Source of the DNA: Mustelus asterias
Taxonomy: Eukaryota
NCBI RefSeq assembly: GCF_964213995.1
Contig: NC_135808.1
Span: forward strand, 21,638,001-21,702,000
DNA: 64,000 nucleotides
Reading direction: 5' to 3'
The position numbers were made by a program, and so were the translations under genes. The notes beneath the pieces are model-generated. The model saw only the letters and a program-made list of their open reading frames with translations. It had not been told where the DNA came from and ran no database searches. Shown here in pieces: positions 11,429 to 24,739 of the stretch. The number at the start of each line of letters is the position of its first letter. Position 1 is the stretch's first letter.

Positions 11429-12569
11429 TTCACACTGAGGTCAATACATCTGAACTTAGCGACAGGAACGCTGCACGGGAGGCAGGAATGGGATCCCAGT
11501 GAGTCAGGATTTCCAATTCCAGCCCAGAGCCAGTCAGCCCGTTCAACTGTACTCCTTCTGCTATTTCCACCAACCCCAGTGAGGGAGAGACTGCAGCAGG
11601 GAATTATTCTTGAATGAAACCAAACTCACCAATCCCAAATGGGGGCCCGCTGATTGTATCAATGGGCAAGGGTGAACCAGGTTGGTCGGGAAGTAAGATC
11701 CTGTAGTCAGTCATGTGAGAAACCATCTGAGTTTGAGGGAGATGGGGTTGAATAAAATTTATGCCCAAGACTGGAGCAAAGACATTGACAGAAATATAAA
11801 TGGGAATCTGGAATGCATCAGGGAACGCAGCGGGAAGAAATTAATTTGTGCTGGAGGGAAGCAGGAGCAGCATGAAGCAGTGGATGAGAAAACTGCACTT
11901 GAAAACATCAGAAAGATAAGGAGAGAGATATGGAGAGAGATCTATCAGGGGCAGACCCACAGTGCCAAAATTAATTGAATAAATTCTTCAAACATCTTCC
12001 AGGCATTTCATGTTGAAACGGGGGAGTTAATTGAGGAAGTTATGAAAGACCAAAACAGCTACAGATTTACAATCATTGAAAGAAGCAATGCACATTCGCC
12101 AGGTCATAAAATCAAACCAAGCACTGAGGTACATTCCTAAAGGACAAGAATTGAAAATCAGGGAGATTATATTAAACCTACGTAGAGAATTGGATATACA
12201 AGAACCAATGCATTGTGTACAGTCCTGGTCTGCACATTAAATTAACACAAAGGGGTAACATCTGTTACATTTTTAACCATCAGAACTGAGAGATTTTAAC
12301 TATCTGGACAGAAGGAACAGGTTGGAATAATTTCCTTAGAAAAGGATGATAGGGAGATCCAACAGAGGTTGTGATGGGCTTTGGCAGGTTTGACTTGGAG
12401 CATATATTTCCAGTTGGTGGGCCCTTAAAAATACTGATTGTCGATATAAGATCATCAATAATAAATCCAGAATGGCATTCTTTAATCAGAGAATGATTAG
12501 AACGTGCATCTTTAGGGTTGTTAAGATGAATAGTTCGGATTAATTTAAAGGTAAGGTCATGATTTTATT

Positions 12570-12890
12570 GATCTTTATTTTTGAAGTTTATTTACTTATT
12601 TGTGTCACAAGTGGACTTACATTAACACAGCAATGAAGTAACTGTGAGAGTCCCCTAGTTTCCACACTCCGGCACCTGTCCATGTACACTGAGGGAGAAT
12701 TTAGCATGCCCAATGCACCTAACCAGCACATTTTTTAGACTGTGGGAGGAAACCGGAGCACCCGGAGGAAATCCACTCAGACACGGGGAGAATGTGCAAA
12801 CTCCACACAGACAGTGACCCAAGCCAGGAATTGAACCCATGTCCCTGGGGCTGTGAGGCAGCAGTGCTAATGACTGTGCCACTGTGCCGC
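12570..12890 (-). mobile_element. V-SINE variant (tail B)
   Basis: Reverse complement of the 3698-3990 type. Confidence 0.85.
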
Positions 12891-13276
12891 ATGAGGTAGA
12901 AAGCAGTAGAAGTTATGCTGGGCGGGTTTGATGAAGGGAATTGCGAAAAGGCTCCCTTGGAGCATAAAGACCAACAGAAACCAGTTGGGCCAAATGGTCT
13001 GTTTCTGTGCTGTAAATTCAATGTAGTTCTGCGTAACTTGATTATAGATTAATCACAGTTATCATTTTTTAAATAACATTCAGATATTGAATTGATTTAA
13101 TTCCTGAGGCAATACTCCATTTCATTATTGACAACTTAATAATGTTACTGTTTACAGCCCTTAGACGGATTTCTATTTTTATAAAAATTGTTATCCGCGT
13201 TCTTCTGTTTCAGGTATCTTTCCTGGAAGGGACACATCTCGCTGTGTCAGCATTCTTTTTGCATTCCTGCATTCCA

Positions 13277-14082
13277 GAGGAAACCCACGCAGACACGGGG
13301 AGAATGTGCAAACTGCACATGGACAGTGACCCAAGGCGGGAATCAAACCCGGGTTCCTGGCCCTGTGAGGCTGCAGTGCTAACCACTGTGCCACTGTGCG
13401 TTGTATTAACTCCTGGGCACCACTGTGTAGGAAGGTAGATTTGTCCCTTGTGTGGAAGAGGTCAACAGTGGCAGGTGGTGCAGTTGTACCCTTCATTCAA
13501 CAAAATATTCCCAAAGGTTAGAGGGGTAAGCTATAAGAAACTGTTGTGTAAACTAAGTTTGTATACAGACTGGAGAAGATTAGAGATGGTCTACCGGAGG
13601 TGTTTAGTATGATTAAAAGATTTTCAGAGGAAATTATTTCCCTGGTGAGTGTGTCCAGAATCATAGAATCCCTACAGTGCAGAAGGAGGCCATTCAGCCC
13701 ACCGAGCCTGCACCGACACTAATCCCACCCCAGGCCCTATCCCCATCACCTCACATATTTACCCCGCTAATCCCTCTAACCTATGCATCCAGGACACTAA
13801 GGGTCAATTTAGCATGGCCAATCAACCTAACCCGCACGTCTTTGGACTGTGTGAGGAAACCAGAGCAACCGGAGGAAACCCATACAGTCACGGGGAGAAT
13901 GTGCAAACTCCACACAGACCTGAGCTGGGAATCGAACACAGCTCTCTGGTGCTGTGAGGCAGCAGTGCTAACCATTGTATCATCATGCCATCCCATATGG
14001 CCAATGCACCTAACTCGGATATCTTTGGACTTTGGGAGGAAACCGGAGCACCCAGAGGAAACTCACGCAGGCACGGGGAGAA
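13277..14082 (-). mobile_element. Cluster of HE1/V-SINE copies and fragments within an old CR1 remnant
   Basis: SINE head 13277-13397, full copy about 13659-13989, fragment about 13997-14082. Confidence 0.75.
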
Positions 14083-17000
14083 TATTCAGCATAATCTTAT
14101 ATTGGAGCTAGATTATTGGTGGACGTGACTGTGCATGAGACAACAGTGATGGTGGCAGAGAATAGAAATCAGTGGGGAAAGATTGTTCAGAGTTACAGCC
14201 AACCCTCGGAGTGATTTAAGACAAGACAATTGGAACAATGTTAGGAAGCAATTCATCCTCATAACATTTAAGAAGAATTTAGATGGGCACTTGCACACAG
14301 GGCTATGGACGAAGTGTTGGAAAATAAGATTAGGTTGGTTGGATGCTTGATGGCCAGCACGGTCGCAATGGGCTGAAGAGCCTCTTTCTGTGCTATAAAA
14401 CTCTATGACGCCAGTAAATCAGTGACACACCTACAAAAAGCAATTTTGCAGCTCGACTAAACGAATATGTCAAAAAGTAAGGCAGTAGATTTAAGTTTGG
14501 TAGGTTATCAAGGTTCATAGAAGCAAGTTGGGAAGATGACATAAGATAAAGATCAGTCATGATCTTACTGTCTTGAGAAGCAGGATCCATGGTCCACCTT
14601 TTCACTGGTTAGCTGCCTGGCCAGGAGGGAAATGTTATGTTTATTAGACTCTCCGAGGGAGAAATTCCCTTGAACAGCATGACTTTGTTTCAGGGAGGAG
14701 GGAGGTGGGGCGGGGGAGGCGGGGGGGGGGGGGGGGGGGGGGGCTGCGGGGTGGGTGAGGCCTGCTGCTGCCCCCTCCGTCCCCTCCTCCCCCCCCCGGG
14801 TGCAGTTTGGAGGCCATAGGGGTGGGAAGGAGCACTGAGACACACTGTTGAAAAGGTTTGCTTTGTTCTCCAAGCCTTCCTCCCAGTTGTTTGCTTATAT
14901 TTTAGGTCCTCTAGCTCTCACCCCTCAAACCTTCCCAGTCGCCATGTCTCACACATGCCAGCCCATGTTACATCATGCCTCCCAACAGCCCCAATAGCTT
15001 CTCATACCCTCCATTTCAACTCATGGTTCCCACTCACTGCACTGGCCCCTCAGAAACAACTTTTGCTCTCTTTCTGACAAAGGTATTTGCCAGTAACCAT
15101 GAAGAGAGCCCAACTTTGTGATGTACGTGGCTTGTCCTCCTTTTTACACACTATCCTCCAACCTTGGAATTGGGTATGAGACAGATTCAGTCACTGTGTT
15201 GACCTTTTGATAAGCTATGCAGAATCCTTGAGTACCATCAGATTTGGGAACCAAAATGATCGGCGAACTCCACTCGCTTTAATTTGGTTCTATAATGCCT
15301 TCTTGCAGCATTGCTTCAACTTACTTTTGAACCTGCGCTGCTTTGAGAGGATTAAGCCAGTAGGGGTGTTGTTTTATTGGAACAGCATTCCCTATGTCAA
15401 CCTCATGTACTCTGGCATTAGTCCTCCCCACTCTATTTCCACATAGGTCTTCATAACACTGTAACAAGCTTTTCAAGCCAGGGCTCTGATCTTGGGACAG
15501 AGAGCTCACTACTTTAACACAGTCTTGAAGGACTTCTTCGTTATTTAATTTATTTTGAGGTACATCAAAATCCACATCATCAGAATTGGATTCCTCTCTC
15601 TGAGTGGCAGTAACTCATGCTTGTTCCTCTGATTCCCTTTCCCTGTCATAATATGGCTTCAACATGTTCACATGACATTGCCGATAATTTTTTTCCTATC
15701 TGGCATCTTTATCAGATAATTCATCTTGACTTAACTGCTTCTCAATCTGATAGGGACTACTAAGTCTTGCTTTAAGGGACATTCAACCATTGGTAATGGC
15801 ACCAGTACCTTATCCTCGTGGGAAAATGAACAAAATTTAGATTTCTTATCTGCTTCTTGCTTCGGTAGGTGTGCCACCTTCAAATGTTGTTTCACTAATT
15901 CACCTACTCTGTTTAGTCTTTCTCTCACCTCAGATACATAATCCAACTGTGAGATCTCTGACTTCCGACCCACCAACTTTTCCTTAATTAATTTTAAATG
16001 TCCTCTTGCTTCGTGTCCGAATAGCAACTCAAATGGGGTAAAACTGAGTCGATACATTTGGAGCATCTCTAATAGCAAATAATACAAATGGGAAACCTTC
16101 ATCCCAATCAGTTGGGTAATCCTGGCAATACGTCCTCAACATGATATTTAGGATCTAATGCCACCTTTCCAATGATCCCTGGGATTCAGGATGGTGTGCA
16201 CTTGAGGTAAAGTGCTTGATGCCTAAACTATCCATGACTTCCTTAAATAATTTGGCAGTAAAATTGGTATGGCTGAGTTTCCCTGGATAATTCCTAATGG
16301 GTAAAGAAAGAAAGCAACTCCTCCACAACCTTTTTTGCCTTGATATTCAGTATCCAGTGGAAACTTGGGAGACACATCTATTATGGTTAGCAAGTACTGG
16401 TTTCCACTTTTGGTTTTAGGGAGGGGATCTGCACAATCAATTATACCTCGTGTAATAGGTTCTTCAAATGTGGGAATTGGCATCAAAGATGCTGGTTTTG
16501 TCACTGCCTGTGGCTGTCCTACCATCTGACATGTATGACTGGTACGGCAAAATTCCACCACATCTTTCTGTAATCCAGGCCAATAAAAATGCTCCTGTGT
16601 CTTAGCCTGAGTCTTCCTCACTCCTTGATGCCCTGCTACAGGTAATTTGTGTGCTACCCGTAATACATCCTGTCTGCATTCTACCCGCAACACAATCTGG
16701 TGAACTTCTGCCCATTCCTCAGTTGCACTAACCTGCCAAGTTCTCCATTTCCACCTGAAAATGTTATTCTTAAGGTAATAGCATTCTGAAATACACTCTG
16801 ATTCCTTTCCCGAGTAAGCTTTGTGATATAAATCCTTTATCGTCTCATCTTTCTGTTGTAATTCCATTAATCTTTCAGATCTAAACCACCTCTCCTGATC
16901 CTCTACCTGCATAGGTTTTTCCTTTGCAATCTCATCAGAGTATCAGCTAACTGGACCTCAACTCCTTTATCTTTCTCTGTTGTTCTCCCTTCCTGTTTCA

Positions 17001-17920
17001 ACTTATGGCGGTGGGATCTTGTCACCACACAATCCGGAAAAATTCCAGGGCATTTTTCTGTTAACTCCTCAGTTCCTTGGTTTTCCTTTTGATTTTCCAT
17101 AGTAGTCATTCCCACCTGTGATCCAGCTATATCATTTCCAAGAATAAACTGTATTCCTGGAATAGCCAGGATTTCCATCACTCCCACTATCACTTCCTCA
17201 GACTGGATTGGACTTTCTAGCCTTACCTTACACAGGGGAACACTACTCCTTTCTCCATTTATTCCACAGATTACCACTCTCTCGGGCAATATTTTAGAAG
17301 GAATGCAAATATTCTCATCTTTTACTATCAGAGACAGACTATCTCCCGTACCTCTCAATGTTTTAACTTCTTCACCGACTCCTCCTGTTTTACCTGAGTA
17401 AACCTTACCCACACAGGTGAAGTCTTTGAAAAGAGGGGACGTTATCTTATCATCCAGCCGGTGCCTACTCTGTGCACTCTCCTTCAGCTCCACGACTTCC
17501 CTCAGGATTTCTTTCACTGCCTTAACTAATCCCACTGGTTGAGCCTCTTTTACCACATCTTTTTTCCCAGTGCCTTTCTTAAACCAGCAGCACGGAGCCT
17601 TTGTGTGTTCCACCTTATTACAATTAAAACACCTGAGGTCTTTCACCTCTTTTCCACTCTCTTGGGTGTCTTTTTTCACAGGTGGTAAACTATTCCCTGT
17701 GTGATCTACTTTATGTTCTTCATTGAAGGATCTCCCTCTTACCCAATCTCTATCCCTCACGGTACGAATTAGCTGTCAGAAGCCAAAGTTTAATTGATGC
17801 ACTAATGTGTATTCATGCGTCACCTCTTGAAGCCCTTCTCGCTGTCTTAACTCTCTCTTCCTCAATATGAGTTCTCATCATTTCTGGAAGTGAGTTTTTA
17901 AACTCCTCCAGTAGAATAAT

Positions 17921-18047
17921 GGCTGGAATTCTCCCATCCTGCCCGCCACTGGAATTTTAGCAGTCGGGTTGTGGACATGGGAAACCCCATTGACAGTCGG
18001 GTGGGAATTTCTGGCTTTTAGACCAGCGCGGCCGGAGAATTTTGCCC
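17921..18047. mobile_element. 127-bp MITE (PIF/Harbinger-like) inserted in the Gmr1 gag
   Basis: Imperfect TIRs GGCTGGAATTCTCC / GGAGAATTTTGCCC flanked by AAT on both sides; removal restores gag frame LSDIILLEEFK. Confidence 0.75.
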
Positions 18048-18891
18048 AATATCGCTAAGGGCCTCATATGTCTTTTCCATCTTTAATGCTCTCACCCATC
18101 TATCGAAATTGCTCAGCTTAATTCTTCCAAAATCGATATCTGTCTGACCTGGTTTCTTCCTTAAATTTCTGAACCGTTCTCTATATGCTTCTGGTACCAA
18201 TTCATAAGTACTCCAAACAGCCATCTTTACTTCTTCATATTTTCCTGACAGCTGCTCTGACAGCGCTGCAAACACCTCAGTAGCCCTGCCTACCAACTTG
18301 GTCTGAATTAACATTACCCACACATCCTCTGGCCAAATCATCTGTGTAGTCGATTTCTCAAAGAAGATGAAAAAGGCTTCTGCATCCTTTTCATCAAATT
18401 TTAACTATGTTTGAACATATTTGCATATGTCCTTACCAGGCGATTGGCAACAATGCTCCTCATCACTTCTGTCTTGTATTCTTACTCCTGTCAATTGAAG
18501 TCTTGTTGCTTCCAATTCCAGCTTCATCTTTTCCAACTCAAGCAATCTTTCCCTCTTTCTCTTTCCCTTTCTTCTCTCTCTCTCTCTTTTTCCCTTCCTT
18601 CTATCTCCAGTTGTCTCAGTTGCAATTCAATTGTTTCAAACTCCACTGCACTTGACTGTTTCTCTAGAATACCTAAATGCTTGGCTAACTCCATTACAAT
18701 TTCAGCTTTCTTATTATCCGCGGTTGAATCCAGTTTTAGCCTGTTTGCTAATTCTACATGTGTCATCTTTTTCTGTTTTTGTAAAGTTTCTTGGCAAGTT
18801 TGGGAAGCATCTTTGACCCCCAGAACCTGTTTAGCAATGTTAAGAGCGATTTCCTGACTGAAGGTTTATTTACACATTTAGAACTGTTCAA

Positions 18892-18909
18892 ATCCCAGAC
18901 AAGCCCCCA
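18892..18909 (-). promoter_or_regulatory. tRNA-Pro primer-binding site of the Gmr1-type element
   Basis: TGGGGGCTTGTCTGGGAT, two CpG transitions from the tRNA-Pro PBS TGGGGGCTCGTCCGGGAT, 3 nt after the LTR end CATAACA. Confidence 0.85.
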
Positions 18910-19953
18910 AATTGTTATGATGTAGAAGTTGACCCCCTTTTGAGAAGTAACGCTGAATCCCCCAAAGAGGAATACCTCACCTCATAATCTGTTAAAAGTG
19001 TGTGGGAAGGTGTGAGCTGTTCGTCAGTACCATTTAGTGGTTAACTAACAGAAATACCACACACTCACTTTAAAATGAACACATAACAATTTATTTATTT
19101 TACAGACAGGGAACTTTAGCTAAACAAGTAACATACCGAATGAAATCAATTGCGAATGGAATGCTGTTCAAATAAATAAAATACTCATTCATTAATTGTT
19201 AAAAATATCTAATAGAATTCAGTGAGTCTCAAAAATACAATCAGGTTTGTGGCTTTCAGAATCTTTTGGAATTCCTCTGTTGAGTCCTCTGTTTCTTTCT
19301 GATTTGGTACATTTTGCTGGTTAGATGGTGCATTCTCTGAAGAGATATCCGAAGCTGGCAGAGTTGAGAGCTGTGCTCTCCCTCTTGAGCCTTGAAAGGT
19401 GGCAGTTTTTCTGTTGCTCCCCTGTTCCACCCCCCGCACTCTCTTTTACACCTGCGATGACCGACCGATTTTCCTGCTGTATGATTGGTCTGAAGTTGTC
19501 AACACCATCAAATTCAAATGTGATAAGTTCCTGGTAGCTGAGTGTCTGCTTTCACTTGATTGGGCTAAACTTAAAAAAAACAGGTTGCCTTGTCAAGACT
19601 ACTGCTTGACTTTTTTGACACAAATGTTTCAGCTCGGACTCCGTATGTACTTTGCATTTTAAACCTCCAAGAACTGAAACAGAACACCAGCTTTTAAAGG
19701 GACACCACAATGCTATTTTCCCTCTGACATTTTTACAATTTTTTGACATATTTTACCAACATCAAATTCCAACTTCACAAACCAAACTTCGCAACAACAT
19801 TCACATTAAGAAGCTGGTAACCACCGCAGTAATTTTCAGGCTTGCAAATGACAAGAACATCTCCCACTAATAAATCCCAACATGTCTGTTGAGCTTTCTT
19901 TGCGTGGTGCTGTGTTGAATTACAAACAATACCTTTTCCAATTTGGACACTAA

Positions 19954-20940
19954 GGGCGGTATTTTACCATCGCGTTGTGCCTGTTTTCGGATTTGACATG
20001 GTTGTAAAGTACGGCGCAAAGTTACTTGAGTGATTGGCACCTGTTTTCAGGACCGATGCCATTTTGCGAGTGCAGAATTATCGGCACAGTCAACCCCTCG
20101 CTGGAAATGGGTGAGACGCCGATTAATTGATTTAATTATATGGAAATCGCATTTTGCATGTGTTTAGCGAGCCTGGGGCTCAATTGTCTGGGCTCACTTG
20201 CCTTTATGGCCTCAATGGGAGAGGTTCACTCTGGTGAGGAATAGTTATGTTCCTCATGAACAGGGAGCAGTCTTCCTGGCCTGGCAGTGGAACCGGAGGC
20301 GTTTGAGGCCCCCCAGGAAGGCCAAGGGCAAGTGAGGGTGCCCCTTCAGCAGTGCCAGACCGGCAGTGTGAAACTGGCACCTTGGCAATGCCAGCCTGGC
20401 ACCTGGGCAATGCCCACTGGGAACCCGGTCAATGCCCACCAGGCAGTGCCGGGGACAAGGCAATGGGGGAGGGGCCACTGAGGGAGGGGCCAATGGGGAG
20501 GCAGTGGGGGTAGGGCTGATAGGGAGGAAGGTGCCCACAGCCACTCTGCAGCGATCATTGGGGGGAGAGCAGTGGGTTTGCAATTGGTGGGGGAGGGCAG
20601 CGGGTCCACGATCAGTGGGAGAGGCTGGTGGGTAAGCAATAAGTGGGGGAGGGAAGTGCACCATCAGTCTGGGCAGTAGGGGGTAGGCAGGAGCTGCATC
20701 TCGGGCCACGGGCCCCTGCGATTGGAGGGGGGAGCTTCTATAGGCTGCCTGCAGGAGCAGGGGCCTGACAGCTCTCCGTTTGTCAGGCACCTGTTACTGT
20801 TAATGTGCATGTGCAGCATCAGAGGTCTGCACATGCGCACTACCTCCCTCTGCAGACTTTCAGGCATGTTACGCCCCACCCATAGGCTTCTGCCACGAGC
20901 AACAGACTTGCTCAAACTTTTGCAGGCAGATTGTGCATTG
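19954..20940. mobile_element. GC-rich non-autonomous DNA transposon-like repeat
   Basis: Starts TAA-GGGCGGTATTTTACC; GC-rich interior shares motifs with 28451-29555 (TGCCAG/GGCAC, TGCGCATG); right end unclear. Confidence 0.5.
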
Positions 20941-20992
20941 GGGGGGTGGGGTGGGGGGGCGGAGGTGGGGGGAGCGGCTGGACTACAAGCAG

Positions 20993-21241
20993 TGTCATGT
21001 CTCCAATGGTACATAGCGTGGATATTGGCGATGGTAACTGTTGTATATTTAAGTAGTTGCATGATTGCCTTAAGAGCTGATCACATGATCTGATGTTGAT
21101 GTCATTAGGGTATCACAGGCTGCTGTTCAGTTTCAGTTTGTACTCTGTACAGGCAAAAAGCTCCTTCAATAAATCTGTGGTTGTTAGTTTGAATCTATGT
21201 GTGCAAACGACATCTTTTCTTTATGGTTAAAACCTGCAACA
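20993..21241 (+). mobile_element. Possible isolated short LTR
   Basis: TGTCATG...GCAACA termini, internal AATAAA near 21168, followed by TGG; no TSD seen. Confidence 0.3.
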
Positions 21242-22099
21242 TGGTTCGGACATCACAGTACCTCAGCCATTTCTATCATTCACAAATCTCTTGTTGAAAG
21301 GCAGGGAAACATCTAAATAGTTTCCAGACTGCCTGATTCCATGTTTCATACTGGAAATAAGGGAAGATTAAAACTCAATGGGCACTGTCAACTTCCCATT
21401 GTATCCCACTGACTTCCCACATCCGAAATATACTGAATGGTTCTCGAACTTGTTAACATAAAGGTCATGTGATCAAAGCTCATTTCAGGGATTGCACACT
21501 TCTTACGCCAGAACCATGTGGACCCATTGGAACCAGCAGTTATCAGCTAGGCTGAGAAATCAAATCTGAAACTGATTGCAGGTCACTTAGCAGCCCAGGC
21601 ACTTAACCGATTACAGTTTTAAAGTTCATCTGAGAACCTACCTCCCAGGTATTCAACTGCCAAAACCTTGAAACCTGCTGTGAACCCTTCGTCTTACAAG
21701 GCTGCCACTTCAACCTCAAATCATACAATCTCTTCAAGAAACCACAGGCCTGCCACAGTGAAGAGTAGGATACATTACTCACCTGTATCCAAGCTTTGTG
21801 TGTGAAAGTGCATATGAGACCAAGTGTGTGACACTAAGATAATTTGTGTAAATATTCGAGAATATATATCGTTTTTTATTTTAAACCCACAAAAACTTGC
21901 TGCTGAATATGTAAATTGGGATACACGCTCCAATGGAAAGATATGATATACCTGTTCATACAAAAGTATACAGACTGTCGGCAGTAAGATAGCAAATGCA
22001 TTGTGACCGTGTCGTGTGTAAATAGAGCAGAACAGGAAAGTATACATATAGAAAAACCCATTACCTTGCCCATAATAGCCCTCACAATAGCCCACGCAA

Positions 22100-23900
22100 C
22101 CAAGTCACAGTGTAGAAAAGGCCATTCGGCCCATTGAGACTGCACCTACAATAACTACCACAAAAGATGTGCTAATCCCATTTTCCAGCATTTGTCCCAT
22201 ATCCTTGAATGTTATGACATTTCAAGTGCTCATCCAATACTTTTTAAATGTTGTAAGGTTTCCAACATTCACTACCTTACCAGGAAGTGCATTGTAGATT
22301 CTCACCACTCTCTGAGTGATTTCCTTTCCCTCAAACCCGCTCTGAATCTCCTGCCCCTCACCCTAAAACGATGCTCCCATGTGATTGGCAAATCAAATAA
22401 GAGAACAGCTGGTTCTTATTCACAATGCCCAAACCCTTCATAATACTATACACCTCAAATATGTTCCCCCTCTAAAGAAAACAATTCAAGCCTATCCAAT
22501 CTCTCCTTATAGCTCAAATGCAACATCCTGGTGAATCTCTTCTGGACCCCATCTAGAGCAATCACATCCTTCCGATAGTGAGGTGACCAGAACTGCATAC
22601 AGTACTCCAAGTGTAGCCCAACCAACATTCCGTACAGCTCCAACATTACCTCCTCATTTTTATACTCTATACCACAACTGATCAATGGAAGTGTCCCATA
22701 TGCCTTCTTAACTACCCTGTTTACCTGTTCTGCCACCTTCAAGGATCCATGAATAAGTACCCAAGATCCATCTGAGCTTCCTAATTTTCTGCCATTCATT
22801 GAATGCTCCCTTGTCTTGTTACTTCTTTCAAAGTGCATCACCTCACACATATGAAGGTTAAATACTATCCACCACTGCTCTGCCCATCTGACAAACCCAT
22901 CGGTATCTTCCTGTAACCTCTGACCTTCTTCACTATTAACCATCCTACCAATCTTGGTGTCATCTGCAAACTTAGATATCATTCCTCTCACGTTCTCATC
23001 TATATAATTTATGTGTATAACAAACAATAAGGGACCCAACACTGAACCTTGTGGTCCGCCATTGGACACTGGCCTCCAGTCACTCAAACAACCTTCTACC
23101 ATCACCCTTGTGTCCTATTGCTAAGCCACTTTCGAATCCATCTTGCCAATTTCCCTGAATTCCATGTGCTTCAATTTTCTCAATTAATCTCCCATGTGGG
23201 ACCTTGTTAAAGACTTGCTAAAATCCATATAAACTACATCAACTGCACTTCCCTCATCTGCACACTCGATCATTTTTTCAAAAAGTTCTATCAAATTTGT
23301 TCGGCATGGCCTCCCTCTGACAAAACCATTATCGCTACTCAAACCATGCCTTTCTAGGGGCAGATTAATTCTCTCCATCAGAGTTTTCTCCAATAGTTTG
23401 TCTACCCTTGACGTGAGACTTACCGGTCTGTAATTTCCTGGTTCATGTCCACCATCCTTCTTCTAACCACATTCGCCATCCTTCAGTCATCTGACACTAC
23501 CCCCACAGCCAGAAAGGAATTAAAAAGTACATTAGAGTCCTTGCAAATTCCTGACTTGCCTCCCACAGCAACCTGGTATGCAGTTCATCCGGGCCTGGGG
23601 AATTGTCCAATTTTAAGCTAGACAAAGCCTCCAATACCTCTTCACTTCCAATGGCAAACTGTTGTATGTCCTCACAGCCCCTTCTCCTGAATCCTGTACC
23701 TATGTCTTCTTTCTCCTGAGTGAAGACCAATGAGAAGGTATTCATTTAATACCCTTTCAATCTCCTTCATCTTCAGACACAGATTTCTCTCTTGGCCTCC
23801 AATGGGCCCAACTCTTTCCCTGGTTAACCTTTTCCCTTTACTGTATTTAGAGAATGATTTAGGATTTTCCCGAATCAGGCCCCTTTTCATGACCGAATAA
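22100..23900 (-). mobile_element. Degraded CR1 ORF2 (RT to 3' UTR)
   Basis: Broken ORFs with SPGPD, VYMDFSK, PQGSVLGP, FADD, LEYCMQFWSP. Confidence 0.92.
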
Positions 23901-23904
23901 TGCT

Positions 23905-24675
23905 GCACCTCGACTCAAGAAGCTATATGCCATCCAGATAGCATGCCGTTCACCTACCTTACATACTCACTCCCTCCACCTTCAGTGAAGAGTGGTTGCA
24001 TTGTGTAGCATGCACAAAATGCACTGCAGCAACTCATCAAGCCTTCTTCGACAGCACCTTCCAAACCTGTGATATCTGCCACCTTGAGGAACGCCTTTGA
24101 GGTAAGATCAAGTGTAGTTTTGCTGTCCTGCACTCGGTTGAAGTCATGAGGTTACACTGAGGCTTCATCTGAAGCAATCTTTTAAAGCAGCATCTCGACC
24201 TTTTGGCTAAGATGCAAATGAGATCAAGCCTTGGAGAAGGTGCAATGCCTGCTCCAATCAGCTTGGATCATGTCGATCAAGCTTAAGACAGGAAGTGGTG
24301 AGCCTGTCTTGTCAGCTTGGATCGGGAATGTCTCACTGGCTGAGACTTTGAATTGGACTTTGATTGGATTGAATTGGATAAAAAACCTGCCACCTGGAGG
24401 AACAAAGCAGCAGTTGCAGGAAATGACACCATCTACAAGTTCCCATCCAAGTCACACACCATCCTGATTTGGAGCTACATCACAATTCCTTCATGGTCAT
24501 CGTGTAAAAATCATCGCACTCTCCCTCCCAAACAGTACTGCGGGGGAATATCTCAGCCAGATGCACTGCAGGAGGTCAAGAAGTTGACTCAGCACAAACT
24601 TTATCAAGGACGACAAGGGATGGGTAACAAATGGTGGCCCAGCCAGCAACTCTCACATTGCATCAACGAACTACA
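23905..24675 (+). mobile_element. L2-like LINE 3' fragment, split by the U2-like insertion
   Basis: Similar to 38620-39240 (ATGCACTGCAGCAA..CAGCACCTTCCAAAC..GGGATGGG tail). Confidence 0.7.
24093..24386 (+). mobile_element. Retroposed element with two U2 snRNA 5' modules (candidate U2-derived SINE)
   Basis: 24093-24118 matches U2 nt 12-37 (23/26), 24190-24213 matches U2 nt 4-27 (22/24); (ATTGG/ATTGA)n plus A tail; 17-bp TSD at 24076-24092 and 24387-24403. Confidence 0.8.
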
Positions 24676-24739
24676 GGAGGGGATATTTTGGGACACAGTG
24701 TTAGATTAAAGTTTGGAATTAATATGAATGACTGCATGA

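Larger units (their letters stand above)
15060..19709 (-). mobile_element. Degraded Gmr1-type Gypsy LTR retrotransposon (5' LTR, gag, PR, IN, start of RT; 3' end missing)
   Basis: gag YELVPEAYRERFR, CCHC knuckle CFNCNKVEHTKAPC, protease remnant LRGTGDSLSLI, integrase AHKLPVAGHQG..PLPKTKSGNQYLLTIID, then RT start PIKQHPY..GYWQIPL; order PR-IN-RT; putative LTR about 18913-19709. Confidence 0.85.

Noticed and set aside
21775-22095. 106-aa minus-strand ORF ending at a strong CAG|GTGAGT donor near 21783
   Set aside because: No recognisable protein similarity or acceptor; could be a non-coding exon but unsupported
24093-24213. Functional U2 snRNA gene
   Set aside because: Only 5' fragments, no Sm site or 3' stem-loops, and flanked by a TSD
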